Shown here: positions 54,701 through 61,293 of the stretch, one piece after another | How positions within the stretch are numbered: the stretch's first letter is position 1 | How the letters are laid out: each line of letters opens with the position of its first letter | Source: a virus | Length of the DNA stretch: 64,000 nt | Virus record (IMG/VR): IMGVR_UViG_3300022562_001644 | Span: 27,959 to 91,958 of that record | Reading direction: 5' to 3' (one strand) | Position numbers and translations under genes: made by a program | Notes under the pieces: model-generated | The model's database searches: none | Told to the model about the DNA's origin: nothing | The model's input: the letters and a program-made list of their open reading frames with translations, nothing else

Positions 54701-56011
54701 TTAGTCGCCGAACATCGTTTTGCCGACCATGTACGCGCCGAGGCCAGCCTGGACCTTCTCGGACGTAGTCAGCGAGCTAATTCCCTGGTTCATCATCTTG
54801 TCGATGATGCCTGGAGGAGCGTTGTTCTCCTTGGCGATGTTGAGAGCCTGTTCTTGGTTGGGCATTGCCTTTGGCGTTGACTCCGGCTTTGGCTGGCGGG
54901 CTGCGCCATCGGTACCCGTCCCCTTGGGTGGCTTGTAGCCAGGAGCACTTGAGATAGGAGTGACGCTGCCTTCTGCAGCCTCCCTCGCCTTCTCGGCGCC
55001 CCGCTGAGTCTCCATCTGAGTCTTTGCGGTGTCAGCTTGGGTCTTAGCGGTAACCGTTTCAGAGGTCGTTTTCGCTGGGCCAGCGGTTCCTTTTGGTGCC
55101 GCACCGGCTCCACCGCCCCTACGAACGATTACCTGAGGCGGCTTCGGCGGACGGTTTGCCTTGAGCAAATCTGTCGCCTTTCGCTGAGCCTCAGGGATGG
55201 ACTTCGACAAACTCTTCTCCGCAGCTCGAGCGTATTCACCGGCTTTTCCAGGGGCGGTGGATATAGCCCTCGCCGCCTGCCTGGCCTTGAGCAATTCGGC
55301 TTCTGAGCCAAGAATGGCTCCGCGTCGACCAGCCCTAAACTCCCTGCCAAGAGCCTTTCCGCCTCGAGCCGTAGCTTTGAATGGTCGAGCAATTTGCTTT
55401 CCGGCTGCCGTCAGCCTGCTGCCTGCGATAGATTTTGCGCCGGCTGCTGAAGCACGCATTTTAGCTGCCGTTGTTCCGGCTCCGGACATCAAGCCACCAA
55501 GCCTTTTCGCACCACCCAAAAGAAGTCTTCCCGCCGCTGCCGCAATCGCCTGCTTTTCAAGCAGCGCATATTCGGTCATCTGATGACCGACCTTCGCCAG
55601 GGTTTGCTCTACGATCCAATGCTCATCTTCGGGTAGCTGGGAACAGGCTTGCTCGTAAGCTGCCTGCAGGTCACCTTCGATTGATTCGGCGGCAACCTTG
55701 TCGAAGATTTCTCCGAACTCCTCAATACTGAGATTGTTGTTTGTTAAAAGAACGTCGATGTATGCATCGGCGCGTTTTGTCATCCCGCCGTTGAAGCCAC
55801 ATGGACCAGCCGTCTTGAGGATGTAAAGGTCTCGATCAATACGACCGGCGATTTTCTCGAAGTCAGACGGCGCAGAAGCCTGCTTCTCAATAGGCTCCGG
55901 CTCCGGCCGCGGAACGCGAACCCTGTGGACCTGCTCGGCCTGGCGCATTGCAACCTTCTGGAAGAAGGAGTCCGACTGCTCATCGAGCAGATATGAGAAG
56001 TGCTTGTTCAT
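54701..56011 (-). CDS. processed cargo protein
   Basis: GGAGG before ATG 56011; acidic N-terminal half with QKVA/EKQA/EKIA/LKTA, then a basic Ala/Gly-rich half. Confidence 0.7.
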   Translation of the reverse strand: MNKHFSYLLDEQSDSFFQKVAMRQAEQVHRVRVPRPEPEPIEKQASAPSDFEKIAGRIDRDLYILKTAGPCGFNGGMTKRADAYIDVLLTNNNLSIEEFGEIFDKVAAESIEGDLQAAYEQACSQLPEDEHWIVEQTLAKVGHQMTEYALLEKQAIAAAAGRLLLGGAKRLGGLMSGAGTTAAKMRASAAGAKSIAGSRLTAAGKQIARPFKATARGGKALGREFRAGRRGAILGSEAELLKARQAARAISTAPGKAGEYARAAEKSLSKSIPEAQRKATDLLKANRPPKPPQVIVRRGGGAGAAPKGTAGPAKTTSETVTAKTQADTAKTQMETQRGAEKAREAAEGSVTPISSAPGYKPPKGTGTDGAARQPKPESTPKAMPNQEQALNIAKENNAPPGIIDKMMNQGISSLTTSEKVQAGLGAYMVGKTMFGD

Positions 56012-56012
56012 A

Positions 56013-56201
56013 TTAGCCTCCGTCGGCCCACCAGGGGCCACGCCCATTGCCGCGGGCTGGATCGTACTCAGATTCTACGACTTCGTCGCATTCCCTGGCG
56101 ATATCGTTGTACATGCCTTCGATATATTCGCGGCGGTAATCCGCAATCTCGTCGGCAATTTTCTGCAGAGCGTCCATGTCCTTGTTTTCAGGCCCTATCA
56201 T
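56013..56201 (-). CDS. small acidic protein
   Basis: ATGA-coupled; QKIA site. Confidence 0.55.
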   Translation of the reverse strand: MIGPENKDMDALQKIADEIADYRREYIEGMYNDIARECDEVVESEYDPARGNGRGPWWADGG

Positions 56202-57229
56202 GGCACAGGCGGGCTGGTGGTTGAAGAGCTTGCCGGCGCACCCGGCACGCGCCCGCGCTCAGCCTCACGTTCCCTGAGATACGTCTGGACCACAAAGAGC
56301 TTGAGGATATGGATATCCCGCGGGTCTTCCTCGTTCCATTCGATTTCCTCCGGGTTCTCACCCTTAACGCGCTCCCAGGTCATCTGTACATCGTTCTTCA
56401 GCCCAACCAGGTGCTCACGGTTGCGCTCGAGCACCTCCTGGGCGCCGTCGAACCATTCCTCGGGTGCCCACACCCATCCATGGTCATCCAGTATTGCCGC
56501 CATGTATGCCTTAACTTCGTGAGCAAACTCGTCATCTGGTCGGATTCCTCGCATAACCTGAACAGCGAATGCAAGCTGCATGGGTGTCATGGGCTGAAAA
56601 GATCCGATGATGGGAATGATGTCATTCCAGGCTAATCCGCAGTCTTCGAAAACATCCCAGTCGATCCATGGAATGTCTGTCGTAGCAGCCAGCCTGAGCG
56701 CCATGATCTTATTTCGCACAAGCTCGCCCACGGGACCGAAGCTTCTTCTTAGCGCCCACCAGAGCGTATCCGACTCCCAGTCGGCCCAGTCCGCCTTGTA
56801 ACGCATCGTCAAGACCTCCAGGAGCTGGAGCGGGTGAGCTCGCTTGTCAGTGAACAGCTTGCCGTGGGTCAGCCTCGACGGGAGCTCTGGCTCGACTGCC
56901 CCCTCTTCCGGCTCTGGCTCTTCATCGTTTCTCTGAAACGAATCGATCTGGACTGCCTCACCAGCCTCTCCCGGAGGCTGCTCCTGTACCTGATCCTGGT
57001 CAGAGCCCTCGTCCTCTGACGCCTCTTGTTCTGGCGGGCTCGCTTGATCCTCTTGCCCTTGGGCAGCCTGCTCCTCGAGCTGGTCGAGAATGCTCGGTGA
57101 AACCGAAGGGACGCCAAGAGCGTCAGCCACACCCGGATCAAGGTCGACCGCAACTTTCGTTCGCCCACTGTCATCCAGCAGAGCTCCAAGGAAACCCTGC
57201 TCTGCCTCATTGAGAGTATGTCTGCTCAC
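56198..57229 (-). CDS. hypothetical head-associated protein
   Basis: TKVA site, acidic linker, Trp-rich globular domain. Confidence 0.7.
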   Translation of the reverse strand: MSRHTLNEAEQGFLGALLDDSGRTKVAVDLDPGVADALGVPSVSPSILDQLEEQAAQGQEDQASPPEQEASEDEGSDQDQVQEQPPGEAGEAVQIDSFQRNDEEPEPEEGAVEPELPSRLTHGKLFTDKRAHPLQLLEVLTMRYKADWADWESDTLWWALRRSFGPVGELVRNKIMALRLAATTDIPWIDWDVFEDCGLAWNDIIPIIGSFQPMTPMQLAFAVQVMRGIRPDDEFAHEVKAYMAAILDDHGWVWAPEEWFDGAQEVLERNREHLVGLKNDVQMTWERVKGENPEEIEWNEEDPRDIHILKLFVVQTYLREREAERGRVPGAPASSSTTSPPVP

Positions 57230-57230
57230 T

Positions 57231-58376
57231 CTATGCCTCGCCGGAGATGACCTGTTTGATCAGGACTTTCTCAGGCGTAGGCAACGACTCGAAGATCTCG
57301 GTAGGGTGCTCCGAGAACTGGCGGGCGAAAGCCTCTCCAAGGTATCCCGCCAGTTTCTTCGATGTGGCTGCTTTCCTGAGATCTTCCTCAGTGATGGTCC
57401 GCCCATCTACTTCAGCAGACCAGCCAGTGGCAATCTTGTCCATTGTGCTGGCATAAGCATCAGTAAGGCCGCGGTCGTAGTACTTACTAAGTCCTGTCGA
57501 CTGGTCGAATGTCTGCAACGCATTCGCCATGTCTTCTGGAGTGGTCTCGCTCAGAGATGCGGCCAGCTTGTCCAGCACATCTCGAGCACCCGGATTTCTT
57601 GGCAAAAGAGATTTGCGCTGCTCGAGGTGTGCATGAACGTTCCTGTTCCAGTTCGTCGAGGCCCACTTCTGGAGCGTGTCGCTGGCTGATACATCAACCC
57701 CGAGCTCTTCGGCTCGATTTTGCACCGACACAGCAAACCTGTGCCGATACTCAGAAGGGAGATCCTTGGCATACTTTTCGAAATACGCGGCCGCCATCTT
57801 TACATGGTGCTGATCAGGCATCGCATATTTCCGAATAACAGAGCCATCACCCTGCCGAATGACCAAAGCAAAATGTTCGTTTGGCAGCTCGGTCATTGCA
57901 TTCATCTCGACCGCCGCTGTCTTTTCCATTCGCAATTCCCGCTGCGCCAACTTGCGCAACATCCAACCACTCTCGGACCCTTCAACGAAGGTGTTCGATC
58001 CGGCCTCGCCCTCTTCGACTCGGGCAGCATAGGCATCAACGAGGGGAGAAGCTAGAACGCCGTAGGCGTCGCATGCCTTCTTGATGAACTTTGCGGCGAT
58101 GAATCGGGCAGGGAAAGCCAGCTTCTCGTGAGTCTGGTCGAAGTACTGTGCCGACAACCAGGCATTGCCTGGATCGTTGACAGGGAATTTGCGGAAAACC
58201 GATGCCCTCTTCGTGAGAACGATGAGACCAAACTCGGAGTCAGGTAATCCCTGATGCTGCTCTGGCGTGAGCACCGTGACGTTTGCATTCCCCATCTCTA
58301 CGGGCATGGAGACCTTCGTCATGAGTTCATGTTGGGTGTCGTCGTAGAAATCAATGACGGCTGCAGCAATCGACAT
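57231..58376 (-). CDS. head-associated protein with two LPxxxF..RK(F/Y)P repeats
   Basis: Two ~65-aa repeats separated by EKTA; GAGGA SD before ATG 58376. Confidence 0.7.
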   Translation of the reverse strand: MSIAAAVIDFYDDTQHELMTKVSMPVEMGNANVTVLTPEQHQGLPDSEFGLIVLTKRASVFRKFPVNDPGNAWLSAQYFDQTHEKLAFPARFIAAKFIKKACDAYGVLASPLVDAYAARVEEGEAGSNTFVEGSESGWMLRKLAQRELRMEKTAAVEMNAMTELPNEHFALVIRQGDGSVIRKYAMPDQHHVKMAAAYFEKYAKDLPSEYRHRFAVSVQNRAEELGVDVSASDTLQKWASTNWNRNVHAHLEQRKSLLPRNPGARDVLDKLAASLSETTPEDMANALQTFDQSTGLSKYYDRGLTDAYASTMDKIATGWSAEVDGRTITEEDLRKAATSKKLAGYLGEAFARQFSEHPTEIFESLPTPEKVLIKQVISGEA

Positions 58377-58405
58377 ACCTGTGTTCCTCAAAGGCGGTTT
58401 CGCTC

Positions 58406-58435
58406 ACGGTAGCACGGCCCCGAAAAGGAGGTCAA
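58406..58435 (-). promoter_or_regulatory. sigma70-type promoter for the portal operon
   Basis: TTGACC-18 nt-TACCGT with extended TG. Confidence 0.6.
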
Positions 58436-58461
58436 TCACGCTAAAGCACTCGACATTTCCT

Positions 58462-58479
58462 GGCATAAGAATGTTGAAC
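58462..58479 (+). promoter_or_regulatory. putative phage-RNAP promoter
   Basis: GGCATAAG-AATGT-TGAAC. Confidence 0.7.
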
Positions 58480-58540
58480 CAAAAGAGTGCCAATTCCGGC
58501 ATATCCGTAGGTTCAAAGAAACTCGAAATAGGAGCCACCT

Positions 58541-58786
58541 ATGAGCAACGAAAACCAGAACAAGAGCGGAACCAGCAACGTCCACACCAAAGACGCGAAG
58601 GAGCCCATTGTCGATCGCGTTTGGGGATTCACCAAGAGCATGGCCAAACCCGCCATCGCAGGCGCTGCCGGTATCGGCATCGCTGCAGGCGTCAAGGCCG
58701 GCTTCAACCGATTCGCCCAACGCTCGACCGAGAATGCGGCCTCCTCCGCCGTCCACGGCGGTGGAACCAAGCTGAAGCCGTTCTAG
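58541..58786 (+). CDS. small single-TM protein
   Basis: AGGAG SD; PAIAGAAGIGIAAGV; has its own promoter and terminator. Confidence 0.75.
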   Translation: MSNENQNKSGTSNVHTKDAKEPIVDRVWGFTKSMAKPAIAGAAGIGIAAGVKAGFNRFAQRSTENAASSAVHGGGTKLKPF

Positions 58787-58800
58787 GTCTTGAACGGTTG

Positions 58801-58850
58801 CACCTCCCCCCGGAAGGGGGGAGGTGGCCTCCACCTAGAATTTCTTTAGC
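58801..58850 (+). terminator. terminator-like hairpin between convergent genes
   Basis: CACCTCCCCCC-GGAA-GGGGGGAGGTG, then TTTCTTTAGC. Confidence 0.7.
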
Positions 58851-59147
58851 CTAGATGAGGTCAACGAAGTTCGCGGTCGCCGCGGCAGGTACCACGACCT
58901 CTTTCCTCAGATTGATATCTGGGATCTCAAGCTCGACGATGGCCCCCTGAACGATGTCGATCGAAAAGCTGCCGTCGCTTTGGCTAATTGCCGAAACGAT
59001 GCCAGAAGTAATGCCGGCTCCTCCGGCGATCTGTCCGCCCTGGTCGTCAAGTGTCGACTTCACGGTCGCACGGATTTGGGCACCTTCAGAGGGAGTCCCA
59101 TCGACGTTGCAAATCGTTCCAGAGATTACGCAGATTGCTGCAGGCAT
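58851..59147 (-). CDS. small beta-sandwich virion protein
   Basis: ISGTICNVDGTP..DGSFSIDIVQG..LEIP; paralogue of the C-terminus of 59960..60580. Confidence 0.7.
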   Translation of the reverse strand: MPAAICVISGTICNVDGTPSEGAQIRATVKSTLDDQGGQIAGGAGITSGIVSAISQSDGSFSIDIVQGAIVELEIPDINLRKEVVVPAAATANFVDLI

Positions 59148-59150
59148 GGA

Positions 59151-59456
59151 TCAGCTGGCCTCTTTCCTCGCAGGCTGATTGGCGAACCTTTTTTTAGCCA
59201 TGTAGAACGCAAGGTTTGCATACAAGGCAACTAGCAATGAAATTCCAGTTGAGATGAAAGTGATGACTTCAATCTCAACGCTGCGAGTAATAGCCCATAC
59301 GCCAGTCACAGATAGCCACACGATGAGGATGATGGCTGCGCAGATGGCGAGGCTGATCGGGTTATTTCGCTTGATCCAGTTCTGATAGAACCTAACCACG
59401 ATTGGAGCCCAGAGGATGGCTGTCGCCCCAGTCAACGCATAGTAAGCAGTAAGCAC
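59151..59456 (-). CDS. three-TM membrane protein
   Basis: Three hydrophobic helices; in-frame GTG just after the upstream stop. Confidence 0.6.
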   Translation of the reverse strand: MLTAYYALTGATAILWAPIVVRFYQNWIKRNNPISLAICAAIILIVWLSVTGVWAITRSVEIEVITFISTGISLLVALYANLAFYMAKKRFANQPARKEAS

Positions 59457-59457
59457 A

Positions 59458-59718
59458 TTAACCCGCGCTTCCTCGTGCGATCTTTTTCTTCGTCTCCGGA
59501 TACCAGGTGCAGTCCTGCGGGACGTTCGTTGGTGCACGACCAAAGCGTTCGACGTGTTTCTTCTCCGCAATCTCCCCTATCTCTGGCAATGCCTTTGAGG
59601 CAATGTCCTCGGTCCCCCTGTCGATGCTTTTTGACCGTCGCGCCACGAAAAGCATTCCGACAAGAACAGCAACAATGACCAAGCACCAGATGAAAAAGGA
59701 AAGATCTCCGGGACTCAT
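59458..59718 (-). CDS. single-TM small protein
   Basis: N-terminal TM; ATGA-coupled. Confidence 0.6.
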   Translation of the reverse strand: MSPGDLSFFIWCLVIVAVLVGMLFVARRSKSIDRGTEDIASKALPEIGEIAEKKHVERFGRAPTNVPQDCTWYPETKKKIARGSAG

Positions 59719-59939
59719 TTTTTGTCATCCTCTCTCAGCGACCTGACAGATCCAGTCTGACGGGTGTAGTCGATATGCGTATCGATCGACTTCGCGAGGA
59801 CTGCTGTGGATTGCATCAGGGAAGTTAGGAGCTCGAGCAGTCGATCGATCCTCTTCTCCATGCGCCACATAAACCATACGGCCACGAAGACGGGGAACCC
59901 GAACTTCATCATCATAGCCATTCCCTGGTCGTAGCTCAC
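59715..59939 (-). CDS. YvrJ-like/holin-like small membrane protein
   Basis: FGFPVFVAVWFMWRMEKRIDRL; TG-T-TATCTT 6 nt before the GTG. Confidence 0.65.
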   Translation of the reverse strand: MSYDQGMAMMMKFGFPVFVAVWFMWRMEKRIDRLLELLTSLMQSTAVLAKSIDTHIDYTRQTGSVRSLREDDKK

Positions 59940-59959
59940 GACAAGAAGATAACAGGCTA

Positions 59960-60580
59960 CTAAAGGTCCGTAAACAGTACCGAGGCCTGGTCGGGAACTA
60001 ACACCCTACGGTCATAGCCAATGGCCGGAATTTCGAGACGAAAAGTCCCCCCTCGAACCAGGGGAATGTCGAAGTCGCCGAGGTCATTCGTGTAGGTGGC
60101 GACGACCCTGTCCGACTCTATCGACCGCCCGATGCTGTCGCTGTAGCCAGGAATCAGGATTGCGCGAATGAGCTGGTTCTTGGACGGATTGCCCTGCGGA
60201 TCGAAAACCGTTCCCTGCACCGAGCAGAGCTCGAGGGAGGCGGCGCCGGCGAGCGGGCCAAATACAAGGTCCTCGTACTTCAGGGCGAGCGTGCCAACGA
60301 CATTGCTCATCTTCGTGATGTAGCGCGTCGACCCAGAAAGTGTGTCGAGTGACTGGTCAAAATCGAAATGGTAGCGACCGGGCAGGCTTGCCGAGTCAGT
60401 TTGGGACATGACGTTCTCGACGATTGTCGGCTGCCACGTACCGTCCGAGGCCTGGAACCAGCTCCCGTCAGCAATCCGCTGAATGGCCGCCGTCGGACCC
60501 TGGCCGATGACTCCGGCTCCGGCCGAGATGATGTCGAGATAGAGGCGAGCGACCTCTCCGCGGCTGAATCGACTATCCAT
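59960..60580 (-). CDS. two-domain virion protein
   Basis: C-terminal CSVQGTVFDPQGNP..GDFDIPLVRG..LEIP domain. Confidence 0.7.
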   Translation of the reverse strand: MDSRFSRGEVARLYLDIISAGAGVIGQGPTAAIQRIADGSWFQASDGTWQPTIVENVMSQTDSASLPGRYHFDFDQSLDTLSGSTRYITKMSNVVGTLALKYEDLVFGPLAGAASLELCSVQGTVFDPQGNPSKNQLIRAILIPGYSDSIGRSIESDRVVATYTNDLGDFDIPLVRGGTFRLEIPAIGYDRRVLVPDQASVLFTDL

Positions 60581-60893
60581 TGCTTGAGTCCTTCCTCACC
60601 ATGCTTCCGTTGCCATCGTACACCCATTCGCCCTGGGACAGATCGAGCATGCCAGCCATCGCCCGAACCACCTGAGCTCGCTGCCGCTCCGCATGGAGGG
60701 CGGCTGCCTTGCAAGACTCCAGCTTCTTTTCCATTCGCTCGAAGGAACGCTTGGCCTCGTCGTAGCTAAGATACGTCTCCCCCAGGGCAGCCATCGAGCT
60801 CGAGACCCAGCCGTTTGCCTCCTCGAGGGCACGGCGCTGATCGGCGGACAGCTCGATCTTGTCAGGCTGCCGAATGGGAGAGACGTCGCTCAT
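60573..60893 (-). CDS. coiled-coil hypothetical protein
   Basis: Coupled ORF downstream of the tailspike. Confidence 0.65.
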   Translation of the reverse strand: MSDVSPIRQPDKIELSADQRRALEEANGWVSSSMAALGETYLSYDEAKRSFERMEKKLESCKAAALHAERQRAQVVRAMAGMLDLSQGEWVYDGNGSMVRKDSSNG

Positions 60894-61129
60894 ACCAGCA
60901 GCTCAGCCTTGACGCCTTCCCAGTAGGCAATCTCGGCATCGTACCGGTCCATGTCTTCCTGCTTCCGGGTATTGATACCAGCGATTTTGAGATCGATCAT
61001 CTCAGTCGAAAGAACCTGGTTCTTGCGCCACGTAGGAGCGCCCTCGAGCTCGACCTCGAAGCGGTTTTCAGCCGCTTCGTAGCGCTCATGTCCTTCAGTA
61101 ATCGGTGTCTTTGCTTTTATGTGTGGCAT
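60890..61129 (-). CDS. hypothetical protein
   Basis: 79-aa ORF starting 2 nt after the natural tailspike stop. Confidence 0.6.
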   Translation of the reverse strand: MPHIKAKTPITEGHERYEAAENRFEVELEGAPTWRKNQVLSTEMIDLKIAGINTRKQEDMDRYDAEIAYWEGVKAELLV

Positions 61130-61201
61130 TTCTAGGTATCCAGGTTGAGGGCTTGAGCATTGCTTGCAACATCAGATGGCGGCGTGGTCGTGTTATCAAT
61201 C

Positions 61202-61293
61202 AAATTTTTGACCTGCTCACTTCCTGCAGCCACGAGAATACTTTGCTAAATTTTTGACCTGCTCACTTCCTGCAGCCACGAGAATACTTTGCT
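61202..61293. repeat. exact 46-bp tandem duplication
   Basis: AAATTTTTGACCTGCTCACTTCCTGCAGCCACGAGAATACTTTGCT at 61202-61247 and 61248-61293. Confidence 0.95.

Noticed and set aside
52816-54768. 650-aa + strand ORF
   Set aside because: Antisense shadow of the GC3-biased portal gene; Leu/Arg-rich with no motifs or SD.
57450-57466. GGCATAAG inside a gene
   Set aside because: Followed by CATCA-GTAA rather than TGAA; intragenic with no downstream + strand gene.
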